From NCBI GenBank assembly GCA_963535215.1, contig CAUSWE010000005.1, forward strand, positions 3,077 to 67,076: 64,000 bases of DNA. The letters run 5' to 3'. This document shows, in pieces, positions 22,166 to 31,303 of the stretch. Under the pieces are notes generated by a model. It was not told the origin of the DNA, ran no database searches, and worked only from the letters and a program-made list of their open reading frames with translations. The translations under genes were made by a program, and so were the position numbers. Within the stretch, counting starts at the first letter, position 1; each line of letters starts with the position of its first letter. Origin of the DNA: an uncultured Granulicatella sp. (lineage in GTDB: Bacteria > Bacillota > Bacilli > Lactobacillales > Aerococcaceae).

Positions 22166-22213
22166 TATAAACGCTTTCATATTCATGATATCACTATTTT
22201 GGGTGATGTCAAT
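22166..22213 (-). promoter_or_regulatory. SigA promoter with a cre (CcpA) site
   Basis: TTGACA-16 bp-(TG)a-TATCAT, followed by TGAAAGCGTTTATA. Confidence 0.65.
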
Positions 22214-22233
22214 GAATTATTTCTTCACAGTAG

Positions 22234-22270
22234 CAAAAATGGCAGAAGCCACACTATTGGCTCCTGCCAT
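22234..22270 (-). terminator. Terminator after pepF
   Basis: atggcagaagcca/tggctcctgccat stem; T-run on the minus strand. Confidence 0.8.
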
Positions 22271-22304
22271 AAGGATTTATGTCCTTTGCTACTTCAGATA
22301 AGTC

Positions 22305-24110
22305 CTATTTTAACTCATCTGTTAATTCGTATAATTGATCCACTAATTTTCCTACATAAGCAATGGCTTCTTTTAGTGGTTGTTCTGTTGAAACATCACA
22401 TCCAGCATGACGTGCTAAGTCTTTCGCAGAAAGGCTACCACCTAATGCTAATGTATCTTTCCAAACTTGAGCTTGAGAAGGATCTTCCTCAATCTTATTC
22501 GCAATTGCTGTACCAATTGTTAAACCAGCAGAATAAGTATATGGATATAATCCCATATAATAGTGAGGTTGACGCATCCAAGTTAGTTCAGCTCCTTCAT
22601 TCACTACAAGGCTATCGCCGAAGAACTCTTCCATCACTTCACGTTTTACTTTAGATAACACATCTGCATTTAACATTTCATTATTATCTACCATTTTATA
22701 AATACGATCTTGGAATACTGCTTCTAAATAGTGAGTTACCATATTATGGAAATAAGTACGACTAATCATATTACTAATAACCCAACGTTTGAAACGAGCA
22801 TCTGTACTATTTTTCAATAAATAATTTGAAACAATGACTTCGTTACAAGTTGATGGAGCTTCTACAAAGTATAATGAACATTCATTATTAAACATTGTTA
22901 ACTCTTCTCCAACACGTTTAAAGTGGTATGCATGTCCTAATTCATGGGCTAATACGAATACTTCATTCATTTTTCCAGTCCATGATAATAAAATATAGCT
23001 CGCTACTTTTGGAACAGTCGCACAGAATCCACCAGTACTCTTACCAATATTTTGTGGGAAGTCAGTCCAACGTTTGTCGTAACTTTCATCAATCATATCT
23101 TTATAATCTTCCCCTAAAATACCAAGAGCTTTCTTCAAATAGTCTCTAGATTCTTCAATGGACATATCCACTTCGTAATCAGGATCCAAATTAATTTTAC
23201 AATCTGCAAATTGCATATCTTGAATACCATGTTCTTTTGCTAATAAACGAATATAACGTTGAATATGAGGCGCTAAATCCGTCATTAATGTACGAATTTG
23301 ACGATCGTATAATTCACGATCACCATCTTGTTGATCTAATAAGTAATCAATAACGCTATCATAACCACGCATCGTTGCAATCATTTTTTCTTTTTTAATC
23401 GTTGAGATATATTCATTCGCAACTGTATTTTTGTAACGATTTAATGTTTTATAGAAACTTTTCGCTGCATTACGACGAACTTCTGTATGATTATCCATCT
23501 CATGTAAGTTTTCATATAATACAAAACTATTTTCATAAGTTTTTCCATCAGCTTCAAATGAATCAAATTCCATATCTTCATGTTTTGTTACTTCATACAA
23601 CTGATAGAAACTTGGTAAGCTTGACATATTTGATAAAACTTGTTCTGCATCTTTTGATAAAGTATGAGCTTTGACACGAATAATTTTTTCAATGAAGTAA
23701 GCTAAATCTGGACGTTTTTCTGCCACAAATTGACGTAATAAACTTTCTTCTAGTCCTACGATTTCAGTATCATAGAAACTCATGTTTTGTGCCCAAGTAC
23801 TTGCTAATTGTTCAAATAAAGTTGCATTTTCAATCACTGTATCATTGAAACGGTCTACAGTCATTGGTAATTCTGCATAATGAGATAAACGGTAGAATGT
23901 TTCATATAAAGCTTCATATTCTGCAGTTGCTGCAGTTAATATTTCTAAATCTGCCAATTTATCTTCATATTTTTCTTTAAAGCTCTTTAATTGAGCTTCT
24001 GTTTCCTTTAATGTTGTACGATACGCTTCATCACTTGGATATAATAAACTCATATCCCAAGTAATTGATTGATCGACTTCACTACGTTTTACTAATTTTA
24101 CATCACTCAT
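22305..24110 (-). CDS. pepF: Oligoendopeptidase F (M3B)
   Basis: TWDMSLLY N-terminus, GKSTGGFC, HELGH zinc motif, FVEAPST. Confidence 0.92.
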   Translation of the reverse strand: MSDVKLVKRSEVDQSITWDMSLLYPSDEAYRTTLKETEAQLKSFKEKYEDKLADLEILTAATAEYEALYETFYRLSHYAELPMTVDRFNDTVIENATLFEQLASTWAQNMSFYDTEIVGLEESLLRQFVAEKRPDLAYFIEKIIRVKAHTLSKDAEQVLSNMSSLPSFYQLYEVTKHEDMEFDSFEADGKTYENSFVLYENLHEMDNHTEVRRNAAKSFYKTLNRYKNTVANEYISTIKKEKMIATMRGYDSVIDYLLDQQDGDRELYDRQIRTLMTDLAPHIQRYIRLLAKEHGIQDMQFADCKINLDPDYEVDMSIEESRDYLKKALGILGEDYKDMIDESYDKRWTDFPQNIGKSTGGFCATVPKVASYILLSWTGKMNEVFVLAHELGHAYHFKRVGEELTMFNNECSLYFVEAPSTCNEVIVSNYLLKNSTDARFKRWVISNMISRTYFHNMVTHYLEAVFQDRIYKMVDNNEMLNADVLSKVKREVMEEFFGDSLVVNEGAELTWMRQPHYYMGLYPYTYSAGLTIGTAIANKIEEDPSQAQVWKDTLALGGSLSAKDLARHAGCDVSTEQPLKEAIAYVGKLVDQLYELTDELK

Positions 24111-24153
24111 GTGTATCCCTCCATACATTCTTTTGTATTGCTATTATAGCATA

Positions 24154-25227
24154 TTATTTTTCATTCTCTAGTGTATTCGTCATAAAACTATCTTCCATTA
24201 ATCCATTCATTACTTCTGTAATCAATTCCGTATGAATCGCCTGCGTACAATCCTTCTTATTCCAACCATGAACAACTAAATTAGATAAGACTAATTCATT
24301 AATATGATACGAAACCGTGGCCGAAGTAATGCCCAGTTGTTCCGCAATTCCTTTCACACTCTTTGTACCCTTTGCAATTTCGCAAAAAATTTGATACCTT
24401 GTTTTATCTCCTAAATTCTTAAAAACATTAATTCGTTCTTGTTGTTTATCCAATCTTGTTTGGATCACATGTTGAATCACTTCTAATGATTTTGCCCCTA
24501 ATATTAAGAGTTCAGAATCTTGAAAATAGAAATCAGATAATAATAAGGTTGGAATGACTGAAATTTCATCCGATGTCCAGTCAATTTCTTCAATTTCCTT
24601 TGTTCCAGTAAAAGCCTCTGCTAAAATCGTTGGATGCTCATGAATCGTAGCTTCAAATTCCGTATAAGATTTTTCTAAAATCGGTAAATATTCTGCATAC
24701 ACTTTCTCAAAGATTGGCTTCAATGTTTGATGCAAAGAAATAAAATCTTCAACAAACCTTTTAGGATCGGACATAATCGTAAAGTAATTCCAACGTACAG
24801 TATCATCAATTGGCAGATTTTTTAAGAAATCTAGAAAAGCAAATTGATTTTCTAATAATTCTGCAACTTTATCTTCGACACTTGCTTCTTCTTCATCTTG
24901 CTTTACAATATTTGTCATCAATTGTTGCTTAATTTGACTTTCATCCATCGAATGTAAAACTTCAGCATACTCATCAAAAGAATGATAACGGAGCACATTT
25001 TTTACATTGACAAAAAAAATTCGTAAAGCATCATCCTTATAAAAATAGAGAATATTATCTTTATAAGGTTCCAACGGAATACTTATATGTCTCATTTCTT
25101 CTACAATAACTTCTAATTCTTTTTCTAAAGGTGATGAAGGACGTTCTTCATCTCGATCCTTTTTCAATATTAATATTGGATACAGCAGCTGATTGACAAA
25201 CTCCATCTGCTCTTGTTTAAATTGCAT
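24154..25227 (-). CDS. ArsR-type regulator with C-terminal winged HTH
   Basis: FKNLGDKTRYQI...IAEQLGITSATVSYHINEL. Start overlaps the MFS gene end. Confidence 0.85.
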   Translation of the reverse strand: MQFKQEQMEFVNQLLYPILILKKDRDEERPSSPLEKELEVIVEEMRHISIPLEPYKDNILYFYKDDALRIFFVNVKNVLRYHSFDEYAEVLHSMDESQIKQQLMTNIVKQDEEEASVEDKVAELLENQFAFLDFLKNLPIDDTVRWNYFTIMSDPKRFVEDFISLHQTLKPIFEKVYAEYLPILEKSYTEFEATIHEHPTILAEAFTGTKEIEEIDWTSDEISVIPTLLLSDFYFQDSELLILGAKSLEVIQHVIQTRLDKQQERINVFKNLGDKTRYQIFCEIAKGTKSVKGIAEQLGITSATVSYHINELVLSNLVVHGWNKKDCTQAIHTELITEVMNGLMEDSFMTNTLENEK

Positions 25228-26494
25228 TTTCCCCCTCCTGACTAGAATCTTGATACATTCGATTCGCTACTATTAAGAATACCACTAATCCCACAATAGA
25301 AACAGCTAAACATACCGTTGCATTAAAATTATCTAAAATGATTCCAAAAACTAATTGACCAATTGGAACAGAAATCGTAGCTAACATTCCCATTGTTGTT
25401 CCAATTCTTCCTAAATATTCTTCTGGAACCATTTTAGCACCTAAAGTTGATAATTGAATATTAATATACGTTGCTAAAACAGAAACAAGGATAAAGCCAA
25501 TAAGAATACCAGCTACCGGCATCCATTGATTCAATGAAAACATATCACGTGCCATTGTTCCACACATAACTACGAATAGTCCAACAACAAATCCACCCGT
25601 ATACTTCAATAATAAGTGAACAGGTTCTTTACTTTCTTTGATTAGACGATACGCAATTAGTGGAGAAATCATACTCACTACTGCTACAAATGATTCAAAC
25701 ATACTAAATTCTGTATTTGAAAATTCCAACGTAACCCTGATAAAGTAAGTAATCACAATACCAAATATAGGAGACATTAAAAAATTAATAAATAACGCTA
25801 ACAATACAATAATAATAAGATTTGGAATGTCGAACGCAATTTTAATGCCATCTTTGAAATCTGTCCAAAAACTATTCACAACGGATTGTTCTTCTGCCAT
25901 TTGTTTTTGAACTTTACGTTCAGGAATTTTCATAAATGCATAACCCATCATTGTAAAAAATAAAATACATCCCGAAATAAATAAAGACCCTGTAATAGAA
26001 AAAGTCGAATAAATAAATGCAGCTACAAACGGCGTAATAATATTCACAATTCCATTATCCACTTGCATCCAAGTATTCGCTAGAGCTAATTGATTTTCTT
26101 CTACAATTGCTGGCAAAACACTCATCATTGGACCCGATTGAAAAACTTCTACTAATTCTAAAATAATAACCAAAACATAAATCGCTACAAGAGATAAATT
26201 ACTTGTCAAATAAGTTCCCGCTCCAAATGCAAATAATGTAATTACCGTCATCAGTGTTGTATAAACCAAGCCTTTTTGTCGATCCACACGATCTCCCCAC
26301 ACACCTGCAATTGGTGAAAATAGTATTCTAGGGAAGATAATAATTGAAAGAATACTAGCAAAAGCCGTTGCAGACCCCGTCTTATCTAACACATAGAGCG
26401 ACAAAGCATATTGAATAATATTACTCGCCGCTCCCGCAAATGTACTGCTAAACCATAATTTTCTAAAATTTGCATTATTTAATATGATATCCAT
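25217..26494 (-). CDS. MFS efflux transporter (DHA3-like)
   Basis: About 12 TM helices; SPIAGVWGDRVDR and VPEEYLGR motifs. Confidence 0.9.
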   Translation of the reverse strand: MDIILNNANFRKLWFSSTFAGAASNIIQYALSLYVLDKTGSATAFASILSIIIFPRILFSPIAGVWGDRVDRQKGLVYTTLMTVITLFAFGAGTYLTSNLSLVAIYVLVIILELVEVFQSGPMMSVLPAIVEENQLALANTWMQVDNGIVNIITPFVAAFIYSTFSITGSLFISGCILFFTMMGYAFMKIPERKVQKQMAEEQSVVNSFWTDFKDGIKIAFDIPNLIIIVLLALFINFLMSPIFGIVITYFIRVTLEFSNTEFSMFESFVAVVSMISPLIAYRLIKESKEPVHLLLKYTGGFVVGLFVVMCGTMARDMFSLNQWMPVAGILIGFILVSVLATYINIQLSTLGAKMVPEEYLGRIGTTMGMLATISVPIGQLVFGIILDNFNATVCLAVSIVGLVVFLIVANRMYQDSSQEGENAI

Positions 26495-26511
26495 AAAATT
26501 TCACTCTCACT

Positions 26512-26601
26512 TTCTAATAAAGTTAGATAACTGTCTAACTTTATTAGAAGTTTACAACTAAGAAATAAAAAAGTCAACAAAAATTAGAGATTTATCTAAC
26601 T
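26512..26601 (-). promoter_or_regulatory. Promoter flanked by two palindromic operators
   Basis: TTGACT-17 bp-TAAACT. TTAGA-N6-TCTAA occurs twice, once inside the palindrome ttctaataaagttaga...tctaactttattagaa. Confidence 0.7.
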
Positions 26602-26621
26602 TTTGTTGACATTCTATTTTA

Positions 26622-27713
26622 TTACATTTCTGGATTCCATTTTCCAGCAGAATCTACATAATAATTTCCTACCCATGTATCACGAGCTAATTCACCATTT
26701 TGACCTAAATAGTATGAATCTTTCCAATATTCACGAGCAAATTTTCCATTACCAAGTAAGTAAAACCAGTTTTGATAATTCGCATCATAAATCCATTCTC
26801 CACTAGCCATGTAACCACCAGCTTCTAAATAGTAGTCACCTTTCCAAGTATTTTCAAGGTATTCTCCATTTTCATCTAAATAGAACCAACTTGAGTAATT
26901 CTCATCATAAATCCATTGAGAAATCATTTTTTCTCCATTTTTATAATAATGACGATTTACCCAACCATTTAATACTTTATTCGAAGTTGCAGCTTTAAAA
27001 GCTGTTCTAAAGCTACGATAATTTCCTTTTGCAGTAGAAATTTTTGAAGTATCTCCACTCATTTCAACATTAACGGTAGCAGAACCATTTCTTCCTAAAT
27101 AGTTTTCAGCAAGATTGGATTCAAATCCATTTGATTTTAACCACTCAGTATTTGTAAAAGCTTGTGCAGTAATGATTCCTTTTCCATCTTGTTGGAAAGC
27201 TACTAAAGCTGTATGAGTAAAATCAGGACGAATTAAATTCCAATAATGTCCTGTTTGTTCCCCAACTTCTAATGGTTGATTATTTACTTTTGATTTTATA
27301 TAAGCAGCTTTTTCACCATAGAAATACTCAATTCCTTCTAAAACTCCAGAACGATTCCAAGCTAAGTTTTCACCATAACTACGGACATTATCTTTTACAA
27401 TACTAAATGGATCACTTTCTCCATTTGGACGACTATGTGCTAATAATACGGAAGCTTCTACAGAACGAATTTCTGCAATTTTTTCTAAAGCTGTTGACCA
27501 TTTAATGGGTACATAACGGTCTACTAACCCTTCCTCATAAGCTTCTTTACGAATTTCATTAATACGATTAATAATCGCTTCTTTACTATCAGATACATAT
27601 GTCCCACTTACAGCTGTTTCTTCAGCAAATGCTGTTGTATTCTGGCTATACGTACTAACTGTAAAAAGTGTTAAAGCTGAAAGACAGCCAATAAATAGTT
27701 TTTTATATTTCAT
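26622..27713 (-). CDS. Secreted CAP/SCP-domain protein with C-terminal cell-wall (choline-type) binding repeats
   Basis: Signal peptide; INEIRKEA, HSRP, GENLAW, GHYWNL CAP motifs; WFYL..NG repeats. Confidence 0.85.
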   Translation of the reverse strand: MKYKKLFIGCLSALTLFTVSTYSQNTTAFAEETAVSGTYVSDSKEAIINRINEIRKEAYEEGLVDRYVPIKWSTALEKIAEIRSVEASVLLAHSRPNGESDPFSIVKDNVRSYGENLAWNRSGVLEGIEYFYGEKAAYIKSKVNNQPLEVGEQTGHYWNLIRPDFTHTALVAFQQDGKGIITAQAFTNTEWLKSNGFESNLAENYLGRNGSATVNVEMSGDTSKISTAKGNYRSFRTAFKAATSNKVLNGWVNRHYYKNGEKMISQWIYDENYSSWFYLDENGEYLENTWKGDYYLEAGGYMASGEWIYDANYQNWFYLLGNGKFAREYWKDSYYLGQNGELARDTWVGNYYVDSAGKWNPEM

Positions 27714-27832
27714 AGTTTTCCCCCTATTCAAACTTTGCAACTAGTATACACGAAAATAATGTCAATCATGGACCAGTTCTGTAACAATTTGATGTCATTT
27801 TCATATCTAAATATCAAAAATTTCTATCAAAT

Positions 27833-29971
27833 CTATTGCCCTATTTTTTTCCACAATTGTCCTGTCCATTCTTGGACTTTTGACCATAATTGTTTACCAG
27901 TTTCCTCTGCTTTTTGAATGATTTCATCTACATTTAATGACGAATCTTTTTTCTCAGTAGTTACAGCAGGAGCGACACCAAATGGTGTATTTTTTGGAGA
28001 TGTACTTAATAATCCATACATTTCTAATTGGAATAAAGGCCCCACTCCATGTGTACTTGATACAGCAAGAGAATATTTTGCAGAATCATCATATCCCATC
28101 CAAGTCGCAACTACCATATCAGGAGTATACCCAATCATCCACTGATCGCGGGCTCCTTCTTCTCCATTAACTGTTTCAGTTGTCCCCGTTTTCCCTGCAA
28201 TCGTGTAACCTGCAGGAGCAGCATTTGCTCCACCACCACCAGGCGCATAAACCGTTAATAACATACTTGTCATTTTATCAGCAACTGTTTCACTCGTTAC
28301 TTTATTTGTTTGAGGGGTTGTATTATCAACAATCACTGCGCCCGTTGCATCTATAATTTTAGTCACAAATCTACCTTTTGCACGAACACCTTTATTAGCA
28401 AAAGTTGTATAAGCCGATGCCATTTCCATTGGAGAAACTCCCTTTGTTAGTCCCCCTAATGCAATTCCTAAATATTCATCCTCTGGAACCGTTGAAATTC
28501 CAAACTGATGAACTTTCTCGACACCTTTTTTCAAGCCTAATTGATCAAGTAACCAAACTGCAGGAGCATTCCAACTTAAACTTAATGCTTCAGTCATTGT
28601 TACAGTTCCCTTATTTTGGTGATTCCAGTTTTCAGGAGTATATTTTTCTGGACCATATGAACGTTTTTCATCTACCAACGTAGAATTAGGTTCATATCCT
28701 TCTTCTAAAGCTAACGTATATACGGCTAAAGGTTTAAACGTTGATCCAGGTTGAACTTTCATTTGAGTCGCACGGTTAAATCCTCTAAAAGTATGCTTCC
28801 CTGCTCCATCAATTCTTCCTCCAACTACAGCTAACACATTCCCTGTTTGAGGTTCCATCGCAATAGAAGCAGCTTGAGCTTTTGTCCCATCATCATAAGC
28901 AGGATACAATTGAGTATTTCCAAATGTTTCTTCCATATCTGCTTGTAATTTTTGATTTAATCCAGTATAAATCCGATACCCTTTATTAAATAAATCCTCT
29001 TCCTTAATACCATAATTTTGAGTAATTTCATTAATCACTGCATCAAAATAATAAGGATAACGATATCTTGAATTGGCTACATAACTATCTACAAGAACGA
29101 TATCTGATTCCGAAGCAATATTAGCATCTTGCTCACTAATCTTTCCATTTGCTACCATTAATTGTAATACCGTAGCTCGTCTTTTTACGGTAGCATCATA
29201 ATGATCGATAGGATTATAATAACTTGGTGCCTTTAAAGAACCAGCAAGTATTGCTGATTCACTAATGGATAAATCTGCAGCACTTTTCCCAAAATAACGT
29301 TGAGCAGCATTTTCAATTCCATATGCACCATTACCAAAATATGCATTATTCAAATACATCTCTAAAATTTGATCTTTTGTATAATGTTTTTCAATTTCAA
29401 AACTTAAAAAAAGTTCTTTTGCTTTTCTTAAAAATGTTTGATCTAATGTTAAAAATGTATTCTTTGCCAATTGCTGTGTTAACGTACTACCTCCACCAAC
29501 AATATTTCCACGATGAAGAATTAATCCAGCAACAGCACGAAGAATTCCAATCGGATCAAACCCTTTATGATCATAAAAACGTTTATCTTCTGTAGAAATA
29601 ACTGCATCTTTCATCGAAGTAGAAATATTATCTATGGATACATATTCTGCTTTCGAGATATTTAAAGCACCTGCTTCTTTTGAATCAGCATCATAAATAA
29701 CGGTTTCTTGAATCATACCTGCCCTTAAACCACTAACATCAGCAGTCTTTGCCCCATATACTAAATAGGCTAAAAAGAAGGCTGTGAAAGTTAGAAAAAT
29801 TGTACAAAATAGTTTTGTTACATGAAATTTTTTCCAAAATTTTCTAATTCTTTTTAGCCAAGGATGATTCCATATTTTTTTATACCATTTATCTTTTGAA
29901 CCAATTTCATTCTCGATTTTATCATGACGAGAAGGAATTTTTTGCGGTTCTAAAGGTTGATTGTCATTCAT
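27833..29971 (-). CDS. pbp2A: Class A penicillin-binding protein 2A
   Basis: EDKRFYDH, GGSTLTQQLAKN, PGSTFK, SWN, KTGT motifs. Confidence 0.9.
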   Translation of the reverse strand: MNDNQPLEPQKIPSRHDKIENEIGSKDKWYKKIWNHPWLKRIRKFWKKFHVTKLFCTIFLTFTAFFLAYLVYGAKTADVSGLRAGMIQETVIYDADSKEAGALNISKAEYVSIDNISTSMKDAVISTEDKRFYDHKGFDPIGILRAVAGLILHRGNIVGGGSTLTQQLAKNTFLTLDQTFLRKAKELFLSFEIEKHYTKDQILEMYLNNAYFGNGAYGIENAAQRYFGKSAADLSISESAILAGSLKAPSYYNPIDHYDATVKRRATVLQLMVANGKISEQDANIASESDIVLVDSYVANSRYRYPYYFDAVINEITQNYGIKEEDLFNKGYRIYTGLNQKLQADMEETFGNTQLYPAYDDGTKAQAASIAMEPQTGNVLAVVGGRIDGAGKHTFRGFNRATQMKVQPGSTFKPLAVYTLALEEGYEPNSTLVDEKRSYGPEKYTPENWNHQNKGTVTMTEALSLSWNAPAVWLLDQLGLKKGVEKVHQFGISTVPEDEYLGIALGGLTKGVSPMEMASAYTTFANKGVRAKGRFVTKIIDATGAVIVDNTTPQTNKVTSETVADKMTSMLLTVYAPGGGGANAAPAGYTIAGKTGTTETVNGEEGARDQWMIGYTPDMVVATWMGYDDSAKYSLAVSSTHGVGPLFQLEMYGLLSTSPKNTPFGVAPAVTTEKKDSSLNVDEIIQKAEETGKQLWSKVQEWTGQLWKKIGQ

Positions 29972-30116
29972 AAAATTCTCTCATTTCTTTAATTTCAATA
30001 TAATACACCTTATATACGTGTAAGGTATATTACATACATGTACTACTATCGTATCACGAATAAATTTAGCTGACAAATTATAGAACAATATTTTACCATT
30101 TATTAAACAACAAAAA

Positions 30117-30348
30117 AGACTTCTCTTAGTAGCTATCGTCCCTCGCTACTATGAAAGAAGTCTAACTTTTATCCGAACTCCCATAAATATCCGTTAAAAC
30201 AGAATAGACTTCCCATAGTAGTATGCGTACAAGTAGCCTTTTGGCTACTTGTACTAGGAAACTTTGAGACCTTAGGCTCAAAGTTTAGCCATGAAACCGT
30301 AGGTTTGCTGGCGTCCTATACTACTATACAAGGAAGTCAAATTCTGTT
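30117..30348 (+). repeat. Array of two structured repeats (short 30117-30163, full 30198-30348)
   Basis: GACTTC...GAAGTC outer stems, family core and a conserved linker. Confidence 0.9.
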
Positions 30349-30352
30349 CCTC

Positions 30353-30787
30353 TTACAGGGGAATGATAGTATCCGTTTCTTCGGTAGGATCCTGCGTTGA
30401 AACAATCTCAATCATCAACCCATGCGGCAAACAAATACTCGTTTGCCCCACTCTTGAAATCCAACCCGTTTTAACGGCAATTTGGTCAGGACTATTATCT
30501 TCCTTATCCCTAATTCTAGTCCCATCTACTTCAATAATATTATATTGCTCATCACTAGGGAAATAAATAAATTCCTCTCTCGGAGTATCCTCTTTCAATT
30601 CAAAACGCTGCACTTCTTCACCATTAATCGTAACAACAGCATAAATCTTTGCTTCTTCAGTTGAAGTTGTCATCTGTTGCACTGCAAAAATTGCATTTGG
30701 TAAAAACGATAAAATAAATAAGGCAATTACAATAATAATGTCATAAGGCTTCACTAAATGTTGATATTTCTTAAATTTTTCCTTCAT
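30353..30787 (-). CDS. NusG domain II-containing (DUF1312) membrane protein
   Basis: N-terminal TM segment; EDNSPDQIAVKTGWI...SICLPH. Confidence 0.85.
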   Translation of the reverse strand: MKEKFKKYQHLVKPYDIIIVIALFILSFLPNAIFAVQQMTTSTEEAKIYAVVTINGEEVQRFELKEDTPREEFIYFPSDEQYNIIEVDGTRIRDKEDNSPDQIAVKTGWISRVGQTSICLPHGLMIEIVSTQDPTEETDTIIPL

Positions 30788-30865
30788 AAATCCTCCATTA
30801 AAATTATTAGCCCTTCTATTTTACAAAAAAATACAAATTTAAACAACCAAAAAGGTAAAAGAAAA

Positions 30866-31292
30866 AGACTTCTCATAGTAGATTACGCATGAAACCGAAG
30901 ATTTGCTGCCGTCCTTTACTACTATATAGAGAAGTCTATTTCGTTACGTCTTCTCATGAATATCCGCAAAAAAAGAAAAGACTTCTTATAGCAGTATGCG
31001 TAACAGCAGCCACACTTGTGGCTACTGTTACTAGGAAATTTTGAAACTATAGGCTCAAAATTTAGCCATGAAACCGAAGGTTTGCTGCCGTCCTATACTG
31101 CTATGAAAGAAGTCTAATTTATTACGCACTCTCGTAAATACCCGATAAAACAGAAAAGACTTCTCATAGTAGTAAGCGTACAAGTAGCCTCTTTTGGCTA
31201 CTTGTACTAGGAAACTTTGAGACCTTAGGCTCAAAGTTTAGGCATGAAACCAAAGGTTTGCTGCCGTCCTTTACTACTATATAGAGAAGTCT
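30866..31292 (+). repeat. Array of three structured repeats (short 30866-30937, full 30979-31115, full 31157-31292)
   Basis: Tandem units with 41-nt conserved linkers, directly behind the oppC stop. Confidence 0.92.
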
Positions 31293-31303
31293 ATTTATAT
31301 TCC

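Noticed and set aside
30198..30348. Known self-cleaving ribozyme (hammerhead, pistol, twister, HDV)
   Set aside because: I could not find the catalytic consensus (e.g. CUGANGA...GAAA) on either strand by eye. Only a covariance search or a cleavage assay could exclude an unknown class.
30866..31292. CRISPR array interpretation of the tandem repeat units
   Set aside because: Units are 70-140 bp and divergent, linkers are similar to each other rather than unique spacers, and there are no cas genes.
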